A DNA stretch of 64,000 nucleotides from an uncultured delta proteobacterium (lineage in GTDB: Bacteria > Desulfobacterota > Binatia > UBA9968). Each line of letters opens with the position of its first letter. The first letter of the stretch is position 1. The DNA is taken from the NCBI GenBank assembly GCA_963771465.1, contig CAVYTU010000015.1, positions 1,184,001-1,248,000 on the forward strand. The letters run 5' to 3'. Below the pieces are notes generated by a model. The model was not told where the DNA came from. It saw only the letters and a program-made list of their open reading frames with translations, and ran no database searches. Positions 30,909 to 40,693 of the stretch are shown piece by piece. The position numbers were made by a program, and so were the translations under genes.

Positions 30909-32143
30909 CCATGGCGCAGCAAATTCCCAAAGGTTATTTTGCAAAAAATATTGACGCCGTCGGTTATCACGATTTGAACGGCAAGCCGGCCTTCAAGCTG
31001 GCGCTGCAGGAAAAAAATCATCGTTGGTATCTTTATGTCGCTCACCTTTGGCACCGCGGCTGGAGCGTGCTCGACGTCAGCGATCCGGCCGCGCCGGAAT
31101 ATCGTTCTTACATTCCTGGTCCGGAAAACACCTGGACGATTCAGATCCAGGTGGCCGATGGCAAAATGATCACGGGCTTGGAAAGAATTGCGCCCGGCTG
31201 GGGCGGCACGGACGGCCAACCGGCGGCGGAAGGATTTTTCATTTTTGATGTCGACGAGCCGACCCAGCCGAAACAGATCGGCCACTTCAAAACCGGCAGC
31301 ACCGGCACGCACAGAAATTTCTACGACGGCGGCAATCTGGTCCACGCTGCCGCCGGCGCGCCGGGACTCAATGGAAAAATTTATCGAAGCGTCGATATCT
31401 CCGATTCGAGCAACCCGCGCGAGGTTGGCCGCTTCTCCCTTGCCGAACAAGCACCGGGCGCGATTACGAATGGCCTAAAATTTTCTTGCCATGGCCCGGC
31501 GCATATCGAAGGCAACCGCGCCTATCTTTCCTACGGCGACGGCGGCGGCATCATCCTCGACGTATCCGACATGGCGCAGCCGAAAATGATCAGCCAGCTC
31601 GCCTTTCGCGGCATCACGGCGACACAAGGAATCCATACTTATCTGCCGTTGCCGCGGCGCAAGATCGCCTTGATCAATGACGAAGCGATCCGCGAGAACG
31701 GCGATGAGAATCTCAATCTGGCCGGCATTGTCGACATCAGCGATGAAAAACGCCCGCGCATGCTGTCGCTCTTGCCGCTGCCCGAACCGCCGGTTGAGAG
31801 TGAATTGAAGAATTTCTACGAGAAAGCCGGCCGCTTCGGTCCACATAACCATCATCACCCCAACCACCAAGCCTGTCTCGAAGATCGCGACGACGTTGCC
31901 TACCTAACCTATTTCAATGCCGGCCTGCGCGTGTATGACATCCGCGATGCTCGCCAGCCGAAAGAGATCGGCTATTTCGTGCCGGCCGATCCGCTGGTGA
32001 GAATCGGCACCAAGCCAAGCCAGCTCGTCGCCCAATCCGAAGACGTGCTGGTCGATCGGCGCGGCTGTATCTATCTAAGCGACAAGACTCACGGCATTCA
32101 CATCCTGCGCCTCGACAACATCTGGCCGTACCAAAGCGCGTAA
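30905..32143 (+). CDS. LVIVD-repeat protein
   Basis: Repeated xxDVSDPxxP units, RFGPHN, YFNAGLRVYDI, EDVLVD. Confidence 0.8.
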   Translation: MTMAQQIPKGYFAKNIDAVGYHDLNGKPAFKLALQEKNHRWYLYVAHLWHRGWSVLDVSDPAAPEYRSYIPGPENTWTIQIQVADGKMITGLERIAPGWGGTDGQPAAEGFFIFDVDEPTQPKQIGHFKTGSTGTHRNFYDGGNLVHAAAGAPGLNGKIYRSVDISDSSNPREVGRFSLAEQAPGAITNGLKFSCHGPAHIEGNRAYLSYGDGGGIILDVSDMAQPKMISQLAFRGITATQGIHTYLPLPRRKIALINDEAIRENGDENLNLAGIVDISDEKRPRMLSLLPLPEPPVESELKNFYEKAGRFGPHNHHHPNHQACLEDRDDVAYLTYFNAGLRVYDIRDARQPKEIGYFVPADPLVRIGTKPSQLVAQSEDVLVDRRGCIYLSDKTHGIHILRLDNIWPYQSA

Positions 32144-32169
32144 AAAAAACGCGCGGCCAAAAGCCGCGC
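32143..32169 (-). terminator. Rho-independent terminator
   Basis: GCGCGGC-CAAAA-GCCGCGC stem-loop with T-tract on the minus strand, between convergent genes. Confidence 0.7.
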
Positions 32170-32213
32170 CTAACTTCACTGCAATCAAGTAAGCAGTTAA
32201 TGGTCAACTGGAT

Positions 32214-32537
32214 CTAAGGCTTCATCGACTCGGGAAAATATTTCGACGGCGCCCAAACGTTGGCGGTGAAGTTATTGCAGCCTAGGATGCGCAGCTCGCG
32301 CATAATGCGAATATAATCTTGCGAGTCGATGAAGTCGCGCCAATTGTCCAAGGTCTCAAAATCGATGGTGATGGCGACGTGGGGCGTGACTTCAAGCGGA
32401 TTGCGATAATTGCGAATCTCGATCACGCCTTTATGCGCCAAGGTGACCGGCAGCCAATCGTTCTTGGCTTTATTCGCGTAGACCGTCAGGTTCGCCTTCT
32501 GATCCGGCAGATCCCACTGGATAACGAAATGAACCAT
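32214..32537 (-). CDS. Small hypothetical protein (possibly dimeric alpha-beta barrel)
   Basis: 107-aa ORF translationally coupled to the SDR gene. Confidence 0.65.
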   Translation of the reverse strand: MVHFVIQWDLPDQKANLTVYANKAKNDWLPVTLAHKGVIEIRNYRNPLEVTPHVAITIDFETLDNWRDFIDSQDYIRIMRELRILGCNNFTANVWAPSKYFPESMKP

Positions 32538-33328
32538 TATTGAATCCCCCTGACCAAACCTCCGTCGATTTGAATCGTCGTGCCGGTGATATAACTGGCG
32601 CGATCCGAGCCCAGAAAAACGATCAGGTCCGCGGTCTCCTCCGCCGTGCCGTAACGGCCCAGAGGCACTTCGGCGGCCATCTCTTTATTGATCTCTTCCA
32701 CCGGGCGGCCAACCCGTTCAGCGCGCGCCTTGTTGAGCTTTTGCGCCCGGTCCGTATCGATGCGGCCGGGGCAAACGTTGTTGATCAGAATGTTATCGCG
32801 GCCGAGCTCACGGGAAATAGTTTTCGCCATGCCGATGACGCTGCTGCGGATACCGTTTGAAAGCACCAATCCGGCGATGGGCTCCTTGACCGAGTACGAA
32901 GTAATATTGATCACCCGGCCGCCGCCGACCTTGCGCATATGCGGCACCGCTTCGCGGGTCATGCGCATGGTGCTCATGAAACTCAAGTTAAATGCGTTGC
33001 TCCAGTCCTCGTCGGTAAATTTCATGAACTCGCCCGGCGGCGGACCGCCGGCGTTGTTGACGATTACATCGATGCGGCCGAAGTGTTTGGCGCTGTCATT
33101 GACAAATTTTTTGATATCGTCCGCCTTCGACATGTCGGCAACCATCGCGACAACTTCGCCGCCGGTCTGTTTGCGAATCGCCTCCGCCGCTTCGTTAAGC
33201 GCGGCTTCGCCGCGAGCGCAGATCGCAACTCGAGCGCCTTCGCGCGCAAACCCCATGGCCGTCGCTCGTCCCATGCCCTGGCTCGCCCCGGCGACCAGCG
33301 CCACTTTACCTTTCAATCCGAGATCCAT
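32537..33328 (-). CDS. SDR family oxidoreductase
   Basis: GASQGMG, NNAGGPP, LSNGIRS, IQIDGG. Confidence 0.92.
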   Translation of the reverse strand: MDLGLKGKVALVAGASQGMGRATAMGFAREGARVAICARGEAALNEAAEAIRKQTGGEVVAMVADMSKADDIKKFVNDSAKHFGRIDVIVNNAGGPPPGEFMKFTDEDWSNAFNLSFMSTMRMTREAVPHMRKVGGGRVINITSYSVKEPIAGLVLSNGIRSSVIGMAKTISRELGRDNILINNVCPGRIDTDRAQKLNKARAERVGRPVEEINKEMAAEVPLGRYGTAEETADLIVFLGSDRASYITGTTIQIDGGLVRGIQ

Positions 33329-33424
33329 TGTTAGTTAATCCTCCGGAACTTTTTCAGTCTGCGGGATAGTAGCAAACCCGATAAGGTGGGTCAAAAACTA
33401 ACGCAGCGATACTGCCAAAAAAAA

Positions 33425-33670
33425 TTACTTTTGTGCCCAGTAAATATTGTCGCGAAACTGTGGATTGAGTCGCTTGATATAGAGACAGAGCATGCCGTGT
33501 ACCCCAAGTTGGCGCAGTTTACGCGGATCACCAGCGCGTAGCGCGTCTTTCTCCTCACTCGACAAATCGTATTCGCCCATCACAGTTTCAAAGTCTTTTA
33601 ACGACCTCTGATAAGTTGATTCGTTCATTTTTAGGTCGAAAAGCAGGCGGCTCAAATGGTAGCAGCTCAC
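33425..33670 (-). CDS. LigA-like small subunit of class III extradiol dioxygenase
   Basis: EYDLSSEEKDALRAGD...LGVH; adjacent to the LigB-like gene. Confidence 0.75.
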   Translation of the reverse strand: MSCYHLSRLLFDLKMNESTYQRSLKDFETVMGEYDLSSEEKDALRAGDPRKLRQLGVHGMLCLYIKRLNPQFRDNIYWAQK

Positions 33671-33720
33671 AGGACCTCCAAGAAACGTGCCGGTTCCGAG
33701 TCACAATTAAAAAATGAAAT

Positions 33721-34590
33721 TTAATTTTGAAGCTTCCAACTGACAAATCCCCAGCCGGTGGCGACAAAATCCGGCATGTAAGCCGTGTAGCTTGCTTTGG
33801 CATCGCCGATGGCACCGACCACGACCATCCAGTTGAGAAACTCGCTGTCGCCCGCCTGCAAAAGATCTTGGACTGAATAGTCGACCAAGCTCTTGCCATT
33901 TCCCTGACGCATCACGTCGAGCAGTTTATGATCGAAGCTCTCGTCGATCTCGCCGATCCGCGGCGAACCGGGAAAGTGCGATAGCCCGCCGGTGGCGAGA
34001 ATCGCAACGCGCTCTGGTGATCGGTCCGCCACGGCGCGGATGAGTTCGCCGACTTGATAGCAACGGCGCGGCGACGGCGCGGGGTCGACCCAAGTATTGA
34101 CGTAAATCGGCAGGATCGGAATCGTCGGCTTGGGCAGCAAAAAATAGAGCGGCACGTTTTGCGTGTGCTGCAGCTCGATATGTTCGCCGTAAGAGAAATC
34201 GATTCCATTTTCCATGCCAGCCCGAACGATCGCTTTGCCGAGCTCTTTGTGATTCTTGTAATGAAATTTGTGCTGCGTGAATTGGCCCTTTACTTCGTCG
34301 CCGACGGTGACAAAAAAAGTCGGAATGTTGTTCCAGAAAAAATTGACGAACTGATCGTTCGCCACAACAATCAAAACCTCCGGCTTGGCTTGTTCTAAGT
34401 CCGCGCGCAGAACCGCAAACGCTTTTTCAGCGTCTTGACGCAGTTTCTTCTGTTGCTCGAAGGTCGGCCGGCTCGCCGAGCCGGAGGGCGCCATGCTGTA
34501 GTGGAGATCCATGAAATCTTCCCACTCACGGCCCGGTTCGAGCAGAATATTTGGCGCATGACTCGCGGCCAAAGCGGATACCAGGGGCAT
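33721..34590 (-). CDS. LigB-like class III extradiol ring-cleavage dioxygenase subunit
   Basis: ASHAP, ANDQF, ATGGLSH, IDESFD, GDSEFLNW; start at MPLVS. Confidence 0.88.
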   Translation of the reverse strand: MPLVSALAASHAPNILLEPGREWEDFMDLHYSMAPSGSASRPTFEQQKKLRQDAEKAFAVLRADLEQAKPEVLIVVANDQFVNFFWNNIPTFFVTVGDEVKGQFTQHKFHYKNHKELGKAIVRAGMENGIDFSYGEHIELQHTQNVPLYFLLPKPTIPILPIYVNTWVDPAPSPRRCYQVGELIRAVADRSPERVAILATGGLSHFPGSPRIGEIDESFDHKLLDVMRQGNGKSLVDYSVQDLLQAGDSEFLNWMVVVGAIGDAKASYTAYMPDFVATGWGFVSWKLQN

Positions 34591-34754
34591 AAGACAACTC
34601 CTCAGTGAAGCGAAAAAAATCCTATGCCCCGACCTGGGAAAATGCAACCGGGAAAATAGCGCGAAACGAAGACAAAGATCAGTAAGAATTTCGCAAATCG
34701 CGGGCAAGAAAAATTGCCCTAACACGGAGCGGGAGCCGCGGCGCCGACGCCACG

Positions 34755-34901
34755 CTAAAGCATGCGGTAATTACGAGCGGCAAAAAATACCATCACGACG
34801 ACAGCCGCCACCGAAATGATCGGGTGGTCTATCACCCAATGGAGGGCCGGTTCAAATACGTATTTCAGCGAGTAGTCGAGACCTTTACCGAGTTTATCCA
34901 T
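34755..34901 (-). CDS. 48-aa small membrane protein
   Basis: MDKLGKGLDYSLKYVFEPALHWVIDHPIISVAAVVVMVFFAARNYRML; AGAGG RBS. Confidence 0.55.
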   Translation of the reverse strand: MDKLGKGLDYSLKYVFEPALHWVIDHPIISVAAVVVMVFFAARNYRML

Positions 34902-35201
34902 TCGTAGCCTCTTTTCTTGGTTGCGCTATTCTAGCAAACCCCTGGGGAGCCGCAAAGGCATTTTATTAGGGTGAATCATACCATTCCGCGCCAAATTTTC
35001 TGTGATGCGAGTGACTTTGGTGGATCAGAAAAGCGCTTTAACCCACATAAAGGTAAATTCAATGTCATCACGAACAATACTGCTCAGCAATGGACAAACC
35101 TGAACGGTATCTTCGGGTTTAGTGGCGTTAGGGCTACCATAACTGACTGAAAGATCCTTGAAATCATGGGAGTTTTCGCATGCCGCAAAACAATTGGGAG
35201 C

Positions 35202-35218
35202 TTGGCATCCCGGTTGCT
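35202..35218 (+). promoter_or_regulatory. Putative sigma54 (-24/-12) promoter
   Basis: TTGGCAT-CCCGG-TTGCT with GG-N10-GC spacing, about 40 bp before the ATG at 35257. Confidence 0.65.
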
Positions 35219-35256
35219 CTATCGGTGGAATATCAAATCCATTGAAGGAGCATCCG

Positions 35257-35406
35257 ATGAAAATTTTACTCGCGACTATGTTTAAAAAAATGCCGGTGCG
35301 CAAGACCAAACAGCGCGCGACCATATGCAAGCGTTGCGGCACGAGAATCTATTCGATGAGCTTTTTAAAAGTTCATCTCGAGTCCCATGATCGCAGCACG
35401 CACTAG
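35257..35406 (+). CDS. 49-aa basic protein with C2H2 zinc-finger pattern
   Basis: CKRC-x12-HLESH; AAGGAG RBS. Confidence 0.65.
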   Translation: MKILLATMFKKMPVRKTKQRATICKRCGTRIYSMSFLKVHLESHDRSTH

Positions 35407-35436
35407 AAATCCGATTTAGACGCAGGAGAAAAAAAC

Positions 35437-35580
35437 ATGAACTTCGCTGTAATACCTTGGCAGGTTTTTCTCGACGCACTGCAAAAGCAGCAATCCACTA
35501 ATCTGGAAGCTTGGCTGCGTCGTTGGCTCTTCACCAACGAAGGCGTGCTATTGGCGCATCAGCAGACCGAAACCAATTAA
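35437..35580 (+). CDS. 47-aa hypothetical protein
   Basis: MNFAVIPWQVFLDALQKQQSTNLEAWLRRWLFTNEGVLLAHQQTETN; AGGAG RBS. Confidence 0.55.
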   Translation: MNFAVIPWQVFLDALQKQQSTNLEAWLRRWLFTNEGVLLAHQQTETN

Positions 35581-35604
35581 CCCTGGGAACAGGCGCCGCG
35601 CGCC

Positions 35605-35925
35605 ATGAAGAAACAGAAACCGGACAAGGACCGAAGTGAATCGGCCACCAAGCGTCAGCTTTGCAGCCATGCGCACGCCGTGATCGTCAATCCGAGTGAA
35701 CGTGAACTGCGCGAGTTCGAAGCGATGCTAGCCGGTTGTCCGAACTGTAGCCGCTGGTCACCCGGCGACGGCCCGATCATGGCGGTATTGTCGACTGAGA
35801 CAGCCAGCTTGAATGATGACAGCAAAGGGTTTCGGTTAGTTGTCGGGTGCAACAGAATGCAAAGACAATCTCCAAAAAATCGATTGGCTAGCCCGTTCGA
35901 CATCAACTGGAACAAGTTGAAATGA
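35605..35925 (+). CDS. Hypothetical Cys/His-containing protein
   Basis: 106 aa with CSHAH and CPNC; ATGA overlap with the next ORF. Confidence 0.55.
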   Translation: MKKQKPDKDRSESATKRQLCSHAHAVIVNPSERELREFEAMLAGCPNCSRWSPGDGPIMAVLSTETASLNDDSKGFRLVVGCNRMQRQSPKNRLASPFDINWNKLK

Positions 35926-36209
35926 ACAACGAGGAACGAATGGAAGCAGTAAAAATCATCATGCCCACCGTCGAACACAAACCTTGCGTGTGCAGCGCTA
36001 CACTCCGCCGTTCGATTGTGACGACAAGCCGGCGCAAGTCGGAGGTCTGGTTATGCACCAACCACTGCGGCGCCCGCGGCTTAACCTACGAAGGCGCGCT
36101 CAGACGCAAAGTCCGCTTGGATTTGCTCAGTTGGGGCGACCTCCGGCGCAACGCGCAAACACTGATCGAAGCTGAAAACGAAGACCAAGATATTTGTACC
36201 TTACAGTAG
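35922..36209 (+). CDS. Hypothetical Cys-rich protein
   Basis: 95 aa with CVC and CTNHC. Confidence 0.55.
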   Translation: MNNEERMEAVKIIMPTVEHKPCVCSATLRRSIVTTSRRKSEVWLCTNHCGARGLTYEGALRRKVRLDLLSWGDLRRNAQTLIEAENEDQDICTLQ

Positions 36210-36297
36210 TTCGCGAACGACGCGGTGACTCCGCTCGCTCAGGATAGCCTTCGAATTTTTTTTGAAGCGTCTGAATGTTGCCACGAACGAAATTGGC

Positions 36298-36316
36298 CCG
36301 CCGACACGAGGATTTT
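36298..36316 (-). repeat. 19-bp tRNA-Phe-derived att relic
   Basis: CCGCCGACACGAGGATTTT identical to 52718-52736. Confidence 0.55.
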
Positions 36317-36573
36317 TTGTTCCGCACTGGTTCATGCACCCCGTGGCGACATCAACTTAATGAGTCCAACCGTTTAGTCACTCTGCGCTCTCGCTCAATT
36401 CTTCCTTGAGAACACGTCGCAGTTAGGCACTCAGTCCGCGCTCTTGACGCGTACTTCCCCTAGCGATATACGTCTCGCCGCTTCCGTAGGTGAAAGAACG
36501 GAAGAGCGGATAGGACTATGGCTGCCGAGTATTTTCGAGCGGCCCGCTAGCAGTACGTCGCAAGGGAAATGGC

Positions 36574-38073
36574 GTGCGAAGCACCATAGACACTACTCAT
36601 CGGGGGTTCCGTGAAACGCCGATCGGCTTAACTCCGGACCCGCAGTTTTTTTACTTCAACACCGTTTATCGAGAAGCTTTGGCTGCCCTGACTGATGGTT
36701 TTGCGTCGCGCAAAGGCCTCATTGTTGTTACCGGCGAACCGGGGACAGGAAAAACTATTCTGCTGAGACAGCTGGTGCGCGGCCTCGAGCCTAAGTTCAA
36801 GACAGCATACATATTCAACACACGTGTCAGTTTCACCAACTTGCTTCATCTCATTTTAACTGGGTTGGGGCTGCGAGGATATGCAGAGGACAAGTTGGAG
36901 ATGATCGACCGGCTCAAAGATTATTTACTCGAACAGGATAGAACGGGACACATCGTCGCGCTGCTCGTTGACGAGGCGCAAGATCTTAGTTTGGAGATTT
37001 TAGAAGAGCTGAGGCTTCTCACAAATCTTGAAACCGATCAGAGGAAGCTACTGCAAATTGCATTGATAGGGCAACCCGAGCTCCAACGAAAGCTAGACGA
37101 ACCGGAACTTTGGCAGCTCAATCAGGCAGTGGCGCTACGTTGCCGGCTTGTTCCCCTAGCAGCCAACGAAGTAGGTTCCTATCTGGATTCGAGACTTCAC
37201 GCCGTGGTTCAACGGCACGAAGATCTATTTGATCGTGACGCCGTTAACAAAATTGGCCTCTATTCCAATGGAATTCCCCGCCTCATAAACATCATCTGCA
37301 ATAATGCGCTGTTGATTTCCGATGCATCGGAGAAAGCGAAAATTGATGAACAAATGATCGATGAGGTTGCCGCTGATCTACTCCTCGATCAATCCGGGGG
37401 CCGAATAGGATTTGCGCCACCACGAATCCAACGACCGATGGCAGGAAATGATTTCGTGGATTCCGGCCAGGAGAATACAGCCGATCACACGACGGCGGAA
37501 AATCCGTTCCACAATCAAAAGACTCTTAGCTGGCTGACGATCAGCCCGCTCCTCATCGTCATTTTGATCGGACTCGGCGGGTTCCTCTATTCACAAAAAA
37601 CCAATGATATGGAATATGCCAAGCTATCCGGAGCTGCACCTCAAGAGAGTTTTTCTAATATGCAATCTCAAATTCGGATTCCGATATCTCACAATCCCCA
37701 ACCATCCAGTACAGACCAGAATCTCTCAATTGCCGCTCTGCGGACGATGACGATTGTACCGAGTGCGGATCCGCATCTCTCACGGCAGGAAATCGAAAAA
37801 TTCCCGGCCAGCAACGAGAAACAATCCGAACATTGGCAACCGACCCACGACAAACCAGAAAGCGACCGGCTTGATACTTTTGAGGTTGTCGGAGCTTCCT
37901 TCGTTCGAAATCAGCCAAGCTCTGATGCAGACATAATCGCCACTCTCGAGCCCGGTACCCGCGTCATCGCTACGCGCCGAAATGGGGATTACTACGCGGT
38001 TCGATCCCTCGGAAATGAGCCAATCCGTGGCTACGTTCATCGGGAGGACGCGTTCTTTGAGCGAAGTAGATAG
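36574..38073 (+). CDS. ExeA/GspA-family AAA ATPase with TM helix and C-terminal SH3-like domain
   Basis: TPDPQFF, GEPGTGKT, VDEAQDL, IGQPEL, GIPRLIN; C-terminal VRNQPS...RGYVH. Confidence 0.85.
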   Translation: MRSTIDTTHRGFRETPIGLTPDPQFFYFNTVYREALAALTDGFASRKGLIVVTGEPGTGKTILLRQLVRGLEPKFKTAYIFNTRVSFTNLLHLILTGLGLRGYAEDKLEMIDRLKDYLLEQDRTGHIVALLVDEAQDLSLEILEELRLLTNLETDQRKLLQIALIGQPELQRKLDEPELWQLNQAVALRCRLVPLAANEVGSYLDSRLHAVVQRHEDLFDRDAVNKIGLYSNGIPRLINIICNNALLISDASEKAKIDEQMIDEVAADLLLDQSGGRIGFAPPRIQRPMAGNDFVDSGQENTADHTTAENPFHNQKTLSWLTISPLLIVILIGLGGFLYSQKTNDMEYAKLSGAAPQESFSNMQSQIRIPISHNPQPSSTDQNLSIAALRTMTIVPSADPHLSRQEIEKFPASNEKQSEHWQPTHDKPESDRLDTFEVVGASFVRNQPSSDADIIATLEPGTRVIATRRNGDYYAVRSLGNEPIRGYVHREDAFFERSR

Positions 38074-38174
38074 CTCTCAAGGCTACTTCGAACAGGTTTG
38101 TTGACGCATTCTTGGCTGCGTTTTACCACGCTTGTTCGCATGTTCCCAATCAACCCGAACGACACGATGGACGT

Positions 38175-39965
38175 TCAGCTTTGCCGGCGATCTTTTGCCG
38201 GTCCTTCCGACTGCGACAGATTCGACGCGGTATTGATCAGGGCGACGTGGCTAAACGCCTGGGGAAAATTCCCGAGGTGTCGTTTTGTCGCCGGGTCGTA
38301 TTCTTCCGCCAATAGACCGACGTCGTTACGTAGGCTTAGCAAGCGCTCAAACAGCAGTCGCGCATCTTCTGGCCGTCCCAACAGTGCTAGATTGTCGGCG
38401 AGCCAAAAGCTACAGGGAAGAAAGGCAGCTTCGCCGGGGGGCAGCCCGTCGACTTTCGGTTTAGTGCGATAGCGCAGCACAAAACCGTCGACCATGAGGT
38501 CGCGTTCAATCGCCTCGACAGTGCCTTTGATACGTGGGTCGTCCGGCGGCAGAAAGCCGACTAATGAGATCATCAGCAGGCTGGCATCGAGCTCCTTGCC
38601 GCCGTAGTACTGAACAAAGGTGTTGCGCTCGCGGTCAAAGCCATTACGGCAGACTTCGTCATGGATATTGGCGCGCACACTGCGCCAGCGCTCGATGGGA
38701 CCATCGAAACCGAAATTCTCGACGGCCTTCACCATGCGATCCACGGCGACCCATGCCATCACCTTTGAATGGGTGAAGTGGCGCTTCGGACCGCGCACTT
38801 CCCAGATGCCGTTGTCCGGCTCGCTCCACACCGATTCCAGGTGATCGACTAACGCACGTTCGAGCCGCCAAGCGTTTTCATCCGGTGGCAGCCCGCCGCG
38901 GCGCGTCAGATGCATCGCGTCCATCAGCTCGCCATAGACGTCGAGTTGAAACTGCTCGCAGGCAGCGTTGCCAATGCGCACCGGTGCCGAACCTTCGTAA
39001 CCGGGCAACCAGCCAAGCTCTATCTCGGGCAGCCGTCTTTCTCCCGCCAAGCCATACATGATGCTCATCTGCGACGGCTTGCCGGCGACCGCCCGCAACA
39101 ACCAATCACGCCACGCGCAGGCTTCGTCCGTGTAGCCCGCGAGCATCAAGGCATACAGAGTAAACGTCGCATCGCGAACCCAGCAATAGCGGTAGTCCCA
39201 ATTTCTAACGCCACCTAGGCGTTCCGGAAGAGAAGTCGTCACCGCGGCGACGATGCCGCCCGTCGGTGCATAGGTCAGTGCCTTCAAAGTCACGAGCGAA
39301 CGGATGACGCTAGCGCGGTAGGGACCCTCATACGTGCAGCGGCCGATCCATTCTTGCCACCACTTTTCCGTCTGTGCCAGCAACGCTTCGGCATCGGCCG
39401 TGACCCCTTCTGCATCGTGCGACGGTAGCCACGTCAAGACGAAGTGACGGCGTTGTCCGGCGGAGACCGTGAACTCCGCCTCGGTTCTAAAGTTTTGATT
39501 GCGCAGCTCAACATCCGTCTGCAAGGTCAGCGTGTCAGGACCGGCAACCGCGCAAATGCCATTTTTCGTTCGGCGCATCCACGGAACGATGGAGCCGTAG
39601 TCAGGCCGCAGCACGAGTTGCATGCGCATTGAAACCTGGCCGCTTTTGCCCACCACGATGCGAACTACGTCCGCTTCTTTGCTGCGCGGCGGCATGCAAT
39701 CGATGACGCTCGCTACGCCGTCGGCGGTTTCGTATTCCGTCTCGAGAACCAAAGTGTCGTCATGATAGCTGCGGCGGATTTGTCGAATCTCTCCGGCGGC
39801 GCTGAGGCTCCAGCAACCATGTTCCTCGGTCCCCAGTAGTGCGGCAAAGCAAGCGCCCGAATCGAAACGCGGGAAACATAGCCAATCGATGGAACCGTTG
39901 CGCGCCACGAGCGCGGCCGTGTGACAATCCCCGATGAGCGCGTAATCTTCTATCCGTGACGCCAT
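38175..39965 (-). CDS. Glycoside hydrolase family 15 (glucoamylase/trehalase-like)
   Basis: IEDYALIGDC, RNWDYRYCWVRD, GIWEVR, GNFPQAFSH. Confidence 0.92.
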   Translation of the reverse strand: MASRIEDYALIGDCHTAALVARNGSIDWLCFPRFDSGACFAALLGTEEHGCWSLSAAGEIRQIRRSYHDDTLVLETEYETADGVASVIDCMPPRSKEADVVRIVVGKSGQVSMRMQLVLRPDYGSIVPWMRRTKNGICAVAGPDTLTLQTDVELRNQNFRTEAEFTVSAGQRRHFVLTWLPSHDAEGVTADAEALLAQTEKWWQEWIGRCTYEGPYRASVIRSLVTLKALTYAPTGGIVAAVTTSLPERLGGVRNWDYRYCWVRDATFTLYALMLAGYTDEACAWRDWLLRAVAGKPSQMSIMYGLAGERRLPEIELGWLPGYEGSAPVRIGNAACEQFQLDVYGELMDAMHLTRRGGLPPDENAWRLERALVDHLESVWSEPDNGIWEVRGPKRHFTHSKVMAWVAVDRMVKAVENFGFDGPIERWRSVRANIHDEVCRNGFDRERNTFVQYYGGKELDASLLMISLVGFLPPDDPRIKGTVEAIERDLMVDGFVLRYRTKPKVDGLPPGEAAFLPCSFWLADNLALLGRPEDARLLFERLLSLRNDVGLLAEEYDPATKRHLGNFPQAFSHVALINTASNLSQSEGPAKDRRQS

Positions 39966-40119
39966 AGGTGAAACCTCGCAAAAGTTGCTACGGATCGCTA
40001 ACCGCCTTCTGTAAGAATAAATCGCGAAATTGGGGGTATCAACATGGACTCGAATTTTGACCTTACGTACATCGTGAGCATCAAAATCCAAACGACGCGG
40101 GAATTGCAGATTCTCATCG

Positions 40120-40604
40120 GTGGCTCCGAAAACCACCCCCCTGGCAGAACAGTCCGAAGAGGAGCTCGATCGAATGGTGGCCATTAATCTTAAGGAAGTC
40201 TGGCTGTCGATGAAGTTCCAGATCCCGGCCATCCTCAAAAACGGACGCGGGGCGATCGTGAATAACTCGTCGATGGGCGGTTTGATCGCCTTCCCCGGCA
40301 TCGCGCCCTACCACGCTGTCAAGCACGGAGCGCTCGGCTTGACGAAGTCGGCAGCGTTGGACTACGCCAAATCGGGGCTGCGGATCAATGTGGTGTGCCC
40401 CGTGCTGCTCATGACCGACCTACTAGCCGGAATGATGGGCGGGCAGGAGGCGATGTAGAAGTGGGCGGCCGAGCAACAGCCGATCGTACGGGCGGCGAAG
40501 TGAGCGAAGTTGCCAATGCCGTCATCTGGCTTTGCTCTCCCGGTTCGTCGCTGATGACTGGGCATCACATCATCCTGGACGGCGGCATGACGGCAACCGC
40601 TTAA
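40120..40604 (+). pseudogene. SDR oxidoreductase C-terminal fragment
   Basis: NNSSMGG, YHAVKHG, EVANAVIWLCS, DGG; no Rossmann N-terminus; internal stop. Confidence 0.75.
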
Positions 40605-40693
40605 ACGAGGATTGTCAATTCTCGTGTCGTGCCCAATTAGCACAGTGCCGCCGAAAAGTGATCATTCGGCAGCGCAAGGCTTGTGTATCTTCT

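Noticed and set aside
39966-40301. 112-aa N-terminal extension of the GH15 ORF
   Set aside because: It overlaps the SDR fragment on the opposite strand; the family-typical start is MASRIEDY at 39965
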